A stretch of DNA of 64,000 nt. Origin: Callorhinchus milii. Taxonomy: Eukaryota. The stretch covers positions 85,128,001 through 85,192,000 of the forward strand of contig NW_024704742.1 in the NCBI RefSeq assembly GCF_018977255.1, in the 5' to 3' direction. Positions 12,725-25,045 of this stretch are shown here, piece after piece. Position numbers and translations under genes: made by a program. How positions within the stretch are numbered: the first letter of the stretch is position 1; each line of letters begins with the position of its first letter. The notes below the pieces were generated by a model that saw nothing but the letters and a program-made list of their open reading frames with translations, had not been told where the DNA came from and did no database searches.

Positions 12725-13079
12725 GGTTCTCTTGGGAATATGCAACCTTAGCATTTTGTTTGACCTTATGCTTGACTTCAAACTCTACACCTGGTCTTTG
12801 ACCAAGACTGTGTAATAATACCTCATTCCATCATTGGTGGCCAAGCTTTCAGCTACTATAACCCTGCTCTATGAAACTCTCCAAAAATCCTTTTAGCTTG
12901 TGCCTTTACTTGTTGCTTCAAAATCCCCTCTTTCACTGTGCCTTTGGTCAACATCCTCCAAATTCTCTTCACTGATCAATGAATAGTTGCTCCAATATTA
13001 TTGTGAAAGGCAAGTGCAAATTAATATAGCCAAGGTTTCTGGGTGGAATTCTTCCCTATTGACTTAAATAGATCACAAG

Positions 13080-13330
13080 ATTGGTCTGGATGAAGAAGGT
13101 TCGTCGGCCCATCCAAACTCATCCCTCCAGAACACCCACCCTACCGACACCCCCATCACTGCATCAAGCTGTTTTATAAATAAGTCCAGTCTCCTGGCTT
13201 CTACCACCCTTTCCTGTTCCAGTCGTTGATTAGCCCCTGAATAAAGAAAAACTTCCTTGTGTCTGTTTTGAAATCGCCCTTTACAACTCTAAACATATGT
13301 CCTCTTGCAATGCTGTCTATTGCATCCTAA
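13080..13330 (-). mobile_element. CR1 LINE 3' end, old
   Basis: Minus strand RGHMFRVVKGDFKTDTRKFFF..INDW, followed by the CR1-like 3' UTR GATGGGCCGACGAACCTTCTTCATCC. Related copy at about 16860-17040. Confidence 0.6.
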
Positions 13331-14680
13331 AGCAATTGTTAGAAAGATTATCCCCCCACCACCAACCAATCATTATTTGGTGACATCTGCTTAAAATTTT
13401 GCATCTGTGGACAACAGGATTGATCTTGGCCACAACATTTCCCATTCATCCTCTCAATATTCAAACATGAATGGCCACTTACTCAGATAGGATACATAGA
13501 CATGCATTTGAAATGCATTATAAAATGCAGTTGCCTATTCCAAATCCAATTTTCCCAGTGAAAAATAATAAGATTAACCATGTGTGGGTAATATTGAGTC
13601 AGATAATAATAATAATCCTTGCATTTGATGTAGTGCCTTATCATAATGTCGAAATAATAATAATCCTTGCATTTGATATAGCGCTTTTCGTGTCTTCTAA
13701 ATGTCTCAAAATGCTTCACAGAATATGCTGTAAAGTGAATTGACCATATATTTGTGGGCGCAATGTCTCAAAGCGCTTCAAAGTGGATTGATTGTGTATT
13801 TTGTGGGAGAAACGACGCAGCTTGTTTGCACACAGCAATGTCTCACAAAGAACCGTGGAGTGAGTGACCAATTTGTATTTGGGGGTTAGTTAGTCAGGAC
13901 ACCGGGAGAAACTCCCTTCTCTTTTTGAGTAATACCATGGGATCTTTTAACATCCATCTGAACAGGCAGACGGGACCTCCGTTTAATGTCTCATCTGAAG
14001 GATGGCACCTCAGACAATGCAACACGACTCCAGCGCTACATTAGAGTGTCATCTTAGATTATGTGATTCCAAGTCCCAATGTGGGGATGAAACCCACAAC
14101 CTTCTTACTCAGAGACAAGAGTGCTACCACTGAGCCAGGCTGACAGCCATGGTAAAGATCACCAAGAACTTCATACTTATAACGTCAATCTACAGGCAGT
14201 GTGTTTCAATAAACAACTACATATTATTTGTCCAGATTGTTTTCAGACTTTCTCCCAGTGTCCTGGCCTACAATCCCCCAGATAAAAAAATGTTCATTCC
14301 CTTCATGGCTGTTTGTGGGACATTGCTGTCCCACAAACTTTTTTTGCTGTGTGCTCCTTCTTACACCAAGACTTTGACAGACCTGTTGCACATTCCCAAA
14401 CCCTCCTCGCCATCACTGGAGGTTGTGCCTTCAACCACTACTCCCCTAACCTCTGGAAATCACTGCCTCAATCCCTCCGCTTCTCAAACATATTTAAATC
14501 CCAATTTAAGACAATCACTCTTATGCTCACCTCCCCATGTTGTTCATTGTCCAAGCCTGCCATTGTGCAACACTCCAAGACACTATCCTATATGAAGAGC
14601 GCTATATAAATACAAGTTGTTGTTGTTTGTCAAACTTGTAAAATAGATTTTTTTGCATTTTATATCATGCTCATTTACAG

Positions 14681-14880
14681 GGTCGAATCAAAGAGAAAAA
14701 GAGGAAGGAGAGGAAAAAGCCATTCTAAGAAGGCTGAGTCCGAGCCAGAGATTTTACAACAGCTCGAGGATGAGGCAGAAGACAGACCCCTTATTGTTAT
14801 TTCTGAAAGTGAGAGGCCTGAATGTGCGGAGGAAAGTATAAAGTTGTCAGTAATTGAGGAGGCTCCTACTACTTCAGCAG
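14681..14880 (+). pseudogene. Orphan coding-like exon of an unidentified gene (basic then acidic peptide)
   Basis: Acceptor tttacAG at 14679-14680, donor CAG/GTACTT at 14881, 200 nt open: VESKRKRGRRGKSHSKKAESEPEILQQLEDEAEDRPLIVISESERPECAEESIKLSVIEEAPTTSA. Phase 1 matches the exon at 17474. Confidence 0.55.
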
Positions 14881-14884
14881 GTAC

Positions 14885-15597
14885 TTAACAACAACAACAA
14901 CAAGATTACATTTGTATAGTGCCTTTCACGTTGGGAGGACGTCCCAAGGCGCTGGACAGAGTACAGCATTTTCAGACCCGAGCTGGGGTTGGGGGGAGAA
15001 GGGAGGGGAGGGGAAGGGGGTTGGCCGAGGGCATGGTCGAAGAGGAGGGTCGTGAGGCGGGACTTTAAGGAGGGGGCAAAGCGGAGTGACTGGGGGATGG
15101 AATTCCAGAGGTTGGGGGCAGAGTGGCTGAAGGTTCTCCTGCCAATGGTGGGGCAGGTGGGTCGGGGGACGTGAAGCAGGCCAGAGCCAGCTGAGTGGAG
15201 GGAACGGGTGGGTTGGTAGGGGGTTAGGAGATCGCAGAGGTAGGGTGGGGCGAGGTCATGGAGGGCTTTGTAGCTGAGGACCAGGATCTTGAACTGGATC
15301 CTCTGAAGGATAGGGAGCCAGTGGAGTTGGGCGAGAGTGGGGGAGATGGGGTCACAGAGTTTGGTGCGGGAGAGGACAGGGGCTGCAGAGTTTTGGATTA
15401 TCTGCAGCCTGTGGAGGGAGGAGTTGGGAAGGCCGACAAGCAGGGCATTTGCATAGTCGAGCCGGGAGGTGATGAAGGCATGAACAAGAGTTTCAGCGGC
15501 CTGAGGGGTGATGTAGTAGCGGAGTCGGGCGATGTTACGAAGATGAGGGAAGGCAGAGCAGGTCATGGCTTGAATGTGGTGGAGAAAAGACAGTTGA
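14885..15597 (-). mobile_element. L2 LINE 3' fragment, young (open frame)
   Basis: ETLVHAFITSRLDYANALL..LHWLPILQRIQFKIL..PNLWNSIPQSLR plus (GTT)n tail. Confidence 0.95.
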
Positions 15598-17473
15598 CAT
15601 AATTCCTCAAGCATGCAATGTTTTACATTTTGTTTTCCTAATTTTATTCTCTTTCCTTTCCCCCCTCCCATCTTTCTTGAACACAGTGAGCTCTTATGCT
15701 TGAAATTCATTATGTAGAAACTTTTTATGAGACATACTTATAATGCAATGCTGTTGTTATAAGCGCACATAATCAAAGCCACTATATTTAGTGGCAGGAC
15801 ACTTTTTAGCTCATAAGTGTTATGAGCTAGTCACTCAGATGGAGCATTGGAGTTAAGCCTACCAAATCCTTACGCTCATAATTTCCAGCAGGATGCCAGC
15901 ACACAGTGAGCAGCAGCAGCTTTGGATCAGTTTCCCAAGTTGCGCAATTTGGAATACACAAATGAGAGCTGGTTTGAGTGAATTAGCCGAGGACCTTAAT
16001 AGCAGAGTTAAACTGGTATCCTGGGAAATGGCATTGGGTTCAGCCTCTAAATTTTATCTTATTAGTTCTATGCCAATGTACCAGTGATTGTCTGAAAGTC
16101 TGGAATGAATGATAGTCGGGTCTGAATGGCCCATTGGCACATTTTATTTTGATCAGCTGGGTGACACATGCAGAAACCCACAACCATGCATGGCCGAAGA
16201 GTGACATTTCTGGAATTTTAACCAGCTAAAAATCCATAGCTTGACACTGAGAGCACTGTTTGCTAAGCTGCTAACTGCTTGACCAGCTTGGACCGCCCTA
16301 CCTGTTAGAGCTTTGGCTTGCAGGGTTGGCGAGAGATAAGTGGAATGGATCCCTGCCCCCAGTTACTGGTCTACAACAACAACAAAATTACATTTAGAAG
16401 TCTCCACCTCTAAGTGTTGCTGATGAGCCAGGTTGGTCATCAGGAGTTCTTAGGAGTACTATGGAGCCTCCTGGCCCAGGAACCAGACTACCAAGACCAT
16501 AGGGGATTGATTTGATTCTCCCATTCATTGCCAAGTATGTCACCTTTGAACCAGCTCAGCTATTTCCCTTACCTCGTATTAATAATAATAATAATCCTTA
16601 CATTTGATATACCTCCTTATCATGTTGCTGAGACGTCTCAAAATGCATCACAGGATATACCGTAAAGTGGATTGACTGTGTATTTTGTGTGTGAAATGCC
16701 AAAGTCAGTCCCACAAACAGTCATGGAGTGAGTGACCGATTTTATTTGGGGGGATTTTTTGGCCAGAAACTCCCTTCTCTCTCCTCCCTCAAAATACACA
16801 TTTTCATAGATAACATATGATGAAAGTCGCAGAAAAGGGATAAATTAATGGTGCTTCATAGGACTGATTTGAATGAAGAAGGCCCTTCATCCCATATGAT
16901 CCCATCCTTCCAGAATATCCACCTTACTGTCCCCCGACACTACATCAAGATGCTTTTTAAATGAGTCTAGTGTCCTGGTCTATACCACCATTCCTGGAAA
17001 TCTCTTCCAGTCATTGATATGCACTGCATAAAGAAAAACTTCACAGAATGTGTTCGCTGCAATAATTCTAACATTGAACACATTATGAAATGCTACTAAT
17101 TTACTTCTAAAATATAACATTTATTTTGTCATATCTACTAACTCGACTATTTACAATCATCTTTTTCAAGGATTAATGAAATTAGACCATTTTAATAATG
17201 TTTATCAGGACATAATTTATATGAATCTACATGGCAAACTATACATCTTCTAAGATATTTACTATCTCATTTGAATTAAATGGGACATTGAAAAATTGGT
17301 TAATCTGCTAACATATTTCAGTAGAGGGATAATTGTAATGTACCTACAACATCAAAACTAACTTCTATTTATATAGTATAGTGCCCTTCACATGGGTAAC
17401 GTCTCAGAGCGCTTAACACCAAATCAGAGTATTTACCTTATCAATTTATAACATATTTTTCTCTTTCTTTTAG

Positions 17474-17592
17474 ATCCGACTGAGGAAATAAAGTCACCCA
17501 GTACTGAATTGCTAGAGAATTTAAAATTCTAGTTGGAGGATTTACCAGAAGAGAACATGCTACTTGAAGAGGAACATCCAGTGTACTTGTAA
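17474..17592 (+). pseudogene. Orphan terminal exon with an internal stop
   Basis: Long pyrimidine tract plus AG at 17472-17473. (D)PTEEIKSPSTELLENLKF*LEDLPEENMLLEEEHPVYL*, TAG at 17530-17532, TAA at 17590-17592. Confidence 0.5.
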
Positions 17593-17962
17593 AATGCCAC
17601 ACATCTTAACTAACTAGGCCTCGTTGATAGGATTTAATTACTTTGAAGAGATAATGATTGTATTTTTTGTCTTCAGTAAGAACACATAAAGACATTCAAA
17701 TTTAGAAGTACAAAGTAAAGCAGTGTGGTGGCACGTTGAATTGAGAACCCTTGAGTGCTGCACCACAGACAAACAAAATGTGTGTGTGCACCAACAATTT
17801 TCCTCTCAATTTGCCTTATATGCGAAAGGAAGGGAGAAAGGAAGACTTTAAAATAATAAGGCATCTCAAAAACAGATAAAGGGATATATTTGGTGATTGC
17901 TAATGAGATTCGTTAAGAAGGAAGCCATAAGTACATCAAACTGATTCTTGATGCTTATTCAT

Positions 17963-18249
17963 CTAGCTTTGGAGAGCGAGTGGATCAGATTGAAAGGTTT
18001 GATGTATTTTGTGTTGCTCAGAATATGAGATCCTAAATGAAGGCTGATGGCTTAGTTTCGAAGGACTTCTGATTTCTCAGTTAACATAAGGTCGATCTTT
18101 TCCATCTTCACTTCTGACCTTCCCTACCATATTTTCTGGCAGCTGAATATAGTTCCTCTTATGTATTTTGTTTTCCCGGGACGTCAGATCCTCAGCCGCT
18201 GCACCCGGAAGCAACATGTTTGGTTCTTCAATCTTTTTGGAGAAGAATG
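17963..18249 (-). pseudogene. Orphan terminal exon of a second unidentified gene, internal stop
   Basis: Acceptor ctttctcttcacttgatcctttAG. (A)FFSKKIEEPNMLLPGAAAEDLTSRENK...DRPYVN*EIRSPSKLSHQ...DPLALQS*. 5' part duplicated at about 30335-30433. Confidence 0.45.
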
Positions 18250-19096
18250 CTAAAGGATCAAGTGAAGAGAAAGTCAGTAACACCAACATAATATAATCAT
18301 CTTTGCATTTGATCTATAGGCAACTATGTTGTCAAGACGTCTCAAAGCTTTTCACAGCCAAATTGCATGCAACAATGTCCCGCAAACAGTCATGAAGCAT
18401 ACAATCAATTTTATTCAGGGGATTGTTGGCCACGACACCGGAGATGGAATGGCTGACACCTGTGACCTTTTTGTTAGTGCTCAGGCTGCGATTTTATCGT
18501 GTTGGTAATCGTTTGTGATACATCTTTATATAAAATTGAAATGCCTGGTCTAAAGTTTAGTCTTATAAGCTGGGCCAACAAAAAAGTGCTGTCTCTTTTC
18601 CGCAGAATCCGTTACAAACGCTCTCCTCCACTACAAACCTGCTATCAATATAGTTTCAGGCCCGCGGGGCTCCTGGCCATTTACCTGACGTCACTCTGGC
18701 CTCCGGACACCCATTCACAGTGTAACACAAGGAGCAAATGGGCTTCACTCAGAGGACCCGCTTTTGTGATTGTCTGTGTGTTTGTGTGAGAGAGTGTGTG
18801 AGTGTGTAGGATTGTCTGTGTGATTGTGTGGCATTGTGTGTGTGTGTATGTGTGAGAGTGTGTGAGTGTGTATGAAAGTGGGCGTCATGCTTAATAGTAT
18901 CCAAACCAGACTAAGAGTTCCACACAGGTATAAGAACTGCACAACAGAAAGGTATTAACAGAACCAAGCAGCCAGTCCACAGGTTTACATCTTGATTTAA
19001 AAGAAAACTGGCACCAACAGTTACTGATTGATAGAGAGAGAGAGTGGAGCCAGAGCTGGGTTGGAGATTCAACAGTTGGTACGATCAAGAGAGGCT

Positions 19097-19282
19097 ACAA
19101 ACGCACACCTGCACACAGGTTACAAACGCACACCTGCACACAGGTTACAAACGCACACCTGCACACAGGTTACAAACGCACACCTGCACACAGGTTACAA
19201 ACGCACACCTGCACACAGGTTACAAACGCACACCTGCACACAGGTTACAAACGCACACCTGCACACAGGTGACAAACGCACA
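19097..19282. repeat. 25-bp minisatellite (ACAAACGCACACCTGCACACAGGTT), 7 units plus partial
   Basis: Counted directly. Confidence 0.97.
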
Positions 19283-19446
19283 GCTCACACAAGACTGCTG
19301 TTTGGAAGAGATGGTGAGGGCAGCAAAAAAGATGAAATTCTGCCTACCTCTCCTTATCCTGGATTTGAGGTGGTCCTGAAGACCTTCAGTGGAGTCTGAA
19401 AGAATGAAAGGAGTCAATGAATAAAAGTTGTTGTTGTTGATTGTAC

Positions 19447-19552
19447 CTGGTGTGTGAAACCTGCTACCTCTTGAGGGGTTGTATTTCTGCAGGAGAACAT
19501 CAGGACACTATACACCCTGGTATAATAACACATCGAAAGAAGCTGTGTAAGT
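19447..19552 (-). pseudogene. Truncated exon-like segment upstream of the 18249 acceptor
   Basis: Ends ...KYNPSRGSRFHTP + CCAG/GTACAA, phase 1, compatible with the 18249 exon; internal stop and indel; weak donor. Confidence 0.3.
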
Positions 19553-19959
19553 CAATACCCCCCGTTATCTATCCCTGGAGCCTGACTTACCGACCACAGC
19601 ACTGAGAAAGAGCAGAAAGACCAGGGTTTTCATGTTGCTGATCTCTACACTATGTGCAGATCTGTTGCCCAGCTCCTGTCAGTCCCACTGTGTGAGGCAG
19701 CACACGAGAGAGGTATTTATGGCCGGCATCATCGCTGTCTGAGTGGCAATTGGTTGGTAGAATTTTGGTAGTTTTTTTTGATGTTTTAAGTAAGAGAAGT
19801 TGGACTTTGCAGGCAGCCAGAGGGCTTGGGATCAGGATAATTCCTGCCGCTTGGAGATCAGCAGATAGCAGTGGTTTCCAGATCACTGCCACCAGAATAG
19901 AACTGGTTACTAACACAGAATAATGAACATTTAAACCCTGGCAGAAAGAGAGAGACAGA

Positions 19960-20287
19960 TTAATAATAATAATAATAATAATCCTTGAATTTGATATATC
20001 GCTTTTCACGTCGGGAGCACTTCACAAAGCGCTTCACAGAACACACTGTAAAGTGAATTGACTGTATATTTGTGGGCGAACGCAGCAGCCAATTGCGCAC
20101 AGCAATGTCCCACAAACAGTCGTGGATTGAAAATGACCAATTTATTCGTATTGTTTTGTTTTTTTGGAGGGATTATTATTAGGCATTTGGAGAAAGGAAA
20201 CTTGCCCAAGGTTTCGCGCTGCCTGGAATTGAACTCAGATCTCTCGCTTGCAAAGCGAGTGCTCTAACCAATGAGCTACAGGACTCC
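19960..20287 (-). mobile_element. Full-length tRNA-derived SINE, absent from the duplicate
   Basis: A/B boxes, Deu-like core, (ATT)n tail; empty site at about 32505. Confidence 0.92.
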
Positions 20288-23264
20288 ACGAAATGAGTGA
20301 TGGTACACAGACTAACCATCTAAGGGCAAACACCTTGAAATATACACTTAAGAGGTAGATAACATGCATTTATTTCTCTTTAAATAATTGCAGTAAAATA
20401 AGAGGAAAGAAGCATACTGGCTTTTTAGGGTAAAACTCCCCATTAGTCCCCGAAAACATTATATTTATTTAAAGTGTTACTTCCACAAAATAGGCGGTCA
20501 CACACATCACTTTATAGTAGATCCTGTGAAGCACTTTTGAAATGTCTCAATGACGTGATAAGGCTTTATATCGAATACCATTATACATTATTACAATATT
20601 CCTTGCATTTGATATAGTGCCTTATCGCATCGTCGAGAATCTCGAAGTGTCTTCACAGAATTTACTGTATAATGAATTGACTGTGTATTTTGTGGGTGAA
20701 ACATGGCAGCCAATTGCATTCAGCAGTGCCCTACAAACAGTCGTGGATTGAAAGACCAAATTATTTTTTTCCCAATTACATTAGGAAACAGCGTCCATTT
20801 AAATGAGCCCCTTAACCAGGACTCATTAAAGGGGGCACCAATTCACCAATTCTTTACTGTCTGCCAGTTTGGCTCAGTTAGTAGCACTCTCAGTCTCGGG
20901 ACTTGGAATCACATAATCTAAGATGACACACTTAAGAAACCGGATTTATTTTAAGCACTAACAACAGGACTTAACCCCTTTCACTATATTTACAGTGATA
21001 GGCTCTGGTTATGGGTTAATCAATTTCATTATAATGGCTCATATTAACAGTCTTGTTGCTTATACCCTCACCCCTGATTAACATAAACTCAAGTTGTATT
21101 TAATTTAGGGCAAAGAAGTTATTTTTATTACATACTTAGTTGCACTAATTCACATATATCTTACGGTCGTAACATTATTGAAATTAAAGTGCAACTCTTA
21201 ACGCTCTATGGGTATCTTATTTACTATTTAAGATGATTAGGAGCAGACTCACAACACAATTTAGTCAAGGAAATCAACTCTGAATCTGAGAAATCTAACT
21301 CCCAGTTCAATCACGTACCATGGTTCCACTCGGAGCGATCCTGATGTTCTAAAACCACCAATATTTACAGTACTTTATACTATGTTTAGCTCCTCTCCAT
21401 CACTAGTGAATAAACAATCTACCACTCTCTTTTTTTGGTCGGCCGAGTGTCTGACATGTGCGGAAATCCATTATTAAGAATATCTAAACTAAGCTGAGAT
21501 TTCCATGCATCCCACCTACACATGGAAATCCCAGAGAGAGATTGTTGGAATGGAATGGACACTCTCTCTCTGCAGGAACCCATCCTGCTTACCTAATTCC
21601 AGAAAGTATTAGGCGCAGGTTGGCAAGAGCCAAGGCTTGGGGACCCCGGAGTGTGTGTTGGGTACTGCTGGAGTCTAACCAGCTAAAACTGCATAGCTTG
21701 CCATTGATATCGCTGTCCAGCAAGCTTTCCCGCTGCTGGTCCAGCTAGGACCACCCTACCAGTTAGGGCTTTGGCCTGCAGGGTTAATGAGAGCTGAGTG
21801 GGATGATTCCCTGTCCCCAGTGACTGGTCTGCCCTTCCAGGGCCTGCCAATGAGCCAGACTGGCTGTGCTGTCATCTGCAGTGCCCCGGAGTACTGCAGA
21901 CTCAACTAGCTCAGGAACCGGACTACTGAGAGCACCAGAGAGCGCTGGCTCGATTCCGACATTCCATTCCAGGCATGTCACCTTGGAGCCAGTTCAGCTC
22001 CAAGAAGACTAATCATCAACAATGTGACCCAAATATAACCCCGTACAGGTATTATTTTAACACCTAACGTCATAAAACCTTCCACTATCTTCTATTGACC
22101 AGACTTCCAGGCACCAATCTTTTAGCATGATTCTGCCAAAAGCTTTTTGCCCTATTAGCACCCAATTCTACCTCTCTGCCTCCACCCTTGACTCCAGGAT
22201 AACTGCTGTCCTCACAGACTGTCTGTCAGACATCAAATCCTGGATAAAAGCTAACTTTCTCCAGTTGAATGTCAAGAACACCAAGGCCCTTCTGCTTGGC
22301 TCCCATTAGCGCCTCCGTACTTCGGGCCCTGACAAAGTCATCCTTCAAGGATGCATTTTACACCTCACAGAGCTAATACCATACATTGGCTTCCTGTTCG
22401 ACCCTCAGCTGTCCTTCATTCCCCACATCCGTGCCATGACCCTCTCCGCCTTTCCCCACCTCCACAATATTGCCTGTCTCCGCCACTGTCTCTCATTGCA
22501 GGCTGCCTCATCCATGCGTTCATCATATCCAGACTCGACTACACAAACTCCCTGCCTGTCGGCCTCCTCAACTCCTCCCTCCACAGGCTGCAGATCATCC
22601 AGAACTCTGCAGCCCGTGTCCTCTCCCCCACCAGGCTCTGCGACCCTATCACCCCCATCCTCGTCCGGCTCCACTGGCATCCCATCACGCAGAGGATACA
22701 GTTCAAGATCCTGGTCCTCACCTTCAAAGCCCTCCACACACACACAGATAGTGCTCACTTGGGTCGGTCAAAAACATGACAAACGTGGCTGCTTTGGGAG
22801 CCAGACCCACCAGCGAGGACTGGTTGGAACAGGTCTCTTGCACACATCAGGTAAAGGTAAGACTCAAGACAAAATGTTCTTTCTGGTCTTAGAAGCCAGC
22901 CTGGTTCAGCTGTTAAGACTCTTACTTCTGGTTGTGGGTTCCAGCCCCATGTCAGGAATTTACTGATGGTGGATTTTAAAGAATCACTGACAATGACACT
23001 ATTCAACAAAAGATGGATATCCTGACCCACATGATCCTGGCCAACAATCTTCTTTCATTCACTTCATGGCTGTTTGTGGGACCTTGCAATATGCAAATTG
23101 GCTGCTGTATGTGCCCACAAGTGTGTATCAGGTACTTTAGCAACTTACGCTCCCACCCCTTGGAATTCCCTTTCACTCTCGCCCATCTGTCTTCAAACCT
23201 TATTTTAAAACCTGGCTCTTTGACCTTGCCCACGGTCCCAACAAATGGCTGAATATCAGACCCA

Positions 23265-25045
23265 ATCGTTGACTCTTATCGTATCTCCGAGTTGTGGTGG
23301 ACACCAACTTCAAACTGGACATTGTCCTGAAGGATTGCGCTGAGGAGAAGCGAAGGGCACTCTGGTCAAGCTCATCCCTCTTCAAGGACAGCAAGGTCCC
23401 AATGCAGGTCAAGCTTGTGACAGACAGGACCTGTGTACAAACAGTCCTCCTTTATGGATCTGAGCTCCTGGGGATGAGGCAGAGAGGCTTCTTTCAATCC
23501 ATTTGCAAAGTCCAGGATCAAGCAGTGAGGAGGATTTGTGGCAAACATGGGAAGCTGCTACAGGGAAGGAAGGCTCTGGACCTCAGCGATTCACAGAGGA
23601 CTCCTCTGTTTGCTAAGGCCCCTCGCATGAGCAGATATATTAAGCAGCTGATGCTGAGTAAGCCTGGTACACAGCATTAGACTTGGACTTCAAGAACAGC
23701 AAGGTAGCTGGCATGTCACACGTTGTCAAGTAAAGGTCCTCGCACCATGCTGAAGGCAGATGCCCGCCAGATAACTGATGAGGAATCTCGGAGGTTTGGG
23801 GTGACAGCTGCTGGAAGGCGTTACCTGGAGTCTGATTCGTAGTCACACGTGATCCATCACCTGGAATACACCTTGGCTGGCCTGCAGAGAGGCAAACAGC
23901 TGCTGCTTAAACTCTGCACCTCCAATTGGTGGAACCATGGCTCAATGGGAAGGAACATGTGCCCGAGCTGCAGACAGGAAGATGGTAGGAATGCTCTCTC
24001 CCATTTCATGCTGAGAAATGTAGCCCACCCGGAAGCTCACAAGGAGTTCTTGGTATCTACCCTCCCCACCTAGTGAGGGCTGAAACCCACTCTTGTCTGA
24101 TGTGGAACGGCCCACGAAGTTGACCAACCCAGGCTGGGGGTAAAGGTTATTTGGAGCTGAGTTGGTTCCAAGGTGAGGTTTGATAACACAATGTTGTGGT
24201 GGAGTGAGCCCTCTGTGGGGGTCTTGGTCTTGAGGGTCTGGTTCCTGAGCCAGGTGGGTCTGCAGTATTCCAGGGCACTGCTGATGACAGCACAACCAGC
24301 CTAGCTCATTGGCAGGACCTGGAAGGGAAAACCAGTCACTGGGAGTAGGGAATCATTTCACTCCGCTCCTGTTTGGAGTCCTGTAGCTCAGTGGTTAGAG
24401 CACTCGCTTTGCAAGCGAGAGACCTGAGTTCAATTCCAGGCAGGGCGAAACCTTGGGCAAGTTTCCTTACTCCACACGCCTGATAATAATCCCTCCAAAA
24501 CCAAAACCAATAATAATAAATTGGTCATTTTCAATAAATTGGTCATTTTCAATCTACGACTGTTTGTGGGACATTGCTGTGCGCAATTGGCTGCCGTGTT
24601 CGCCCACAAATATACAGTCAATTCACTTTACAGTGTGTTCTGTGAAGCCCTTTGGGACGTTCTCCCGACGTGAAAAGTGCTATATCAAATGCAAGGATTA
24701 TTATTATTATTATTACCCCTGCAAACAGCCAATGGGTAGGATGATCCTAGCTGGAGAAGCAACGGGATATCTTGACATTGACAGAGCGTATCACTGGCAA
24801 GCTTTGCGGTTTTAGTTGGTTAACCACACTCTGGGATCCCCAATCTTGGCTGTTACCAACCTGTCAGAATTAGGTAAGCAGGAAGCTTCTCCCCAGGGAG
24901 AGAGTGCACATTCCATTCCAATAATCTATCTCTGGGATTTCCATGAGTAGGTGGAATGCATGAAAATCTCAGCTTGGTTTGGATACTCTTGAGCATGGTG
25001 ATGGGTTTCCGCATGTGTCAGACACCCGGTGACCTAAAAAAATTA
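23265..25045 (+). mobile_element. 5'-truncated non-LTR retrotransposon (RTE-X-like; RT domain 7, thumb, C-terminal Cys/His motif, long 3' UTR)
   Basis: VDSY/YLRVVVD (YxYLG-like), VQTVLLYGSELLGM, CPSC...SHFML in one frame 23294-24073 with three internal TAG stops; ends GACC-poly(A) at about 25045; interrupted by a SINE. Confidence 0.75.
24375..24715 (+). mobile_element. Full-length tRNA-derived SINE nested in the retroelement 3' UTR
   Basis: Splits host CTCCTGTT / CCCTGCAAAC, which lie adjacent at 4491-4510. Confidence 0.93.

Larger units (their letters stand above)
18160..21385. repeat. Segmental duplication, near-identical to about 30345-33760
   Basis: Identical or near-identical ORF translations (18326/30510, 18499/30683, 18745/30929, 18891/31075). 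Differs by two SINE insertions, VNTR length and an indel near 20830/33040. Confidence 0.95.

Noticed and set aside
14874..15710. 278-aa ORF as a host gene
   Set aside because: It is the C-terminal part of L2 ORF2 with chance upstream read-through.
18686..18693. Perfect CRE TGACGTCA (also 30870-30877, 61067-61074)
   Set aside because: An 8-mer is expected about once per 64 kb and two hits are one duplicated site; no promoter context shown.
19097..19282. CRISPR-like regular repeats (also 31281 and 60335)
   Set aside because: Head-to-tail units without spacers in vertebrate DNA; these are minisatellites.
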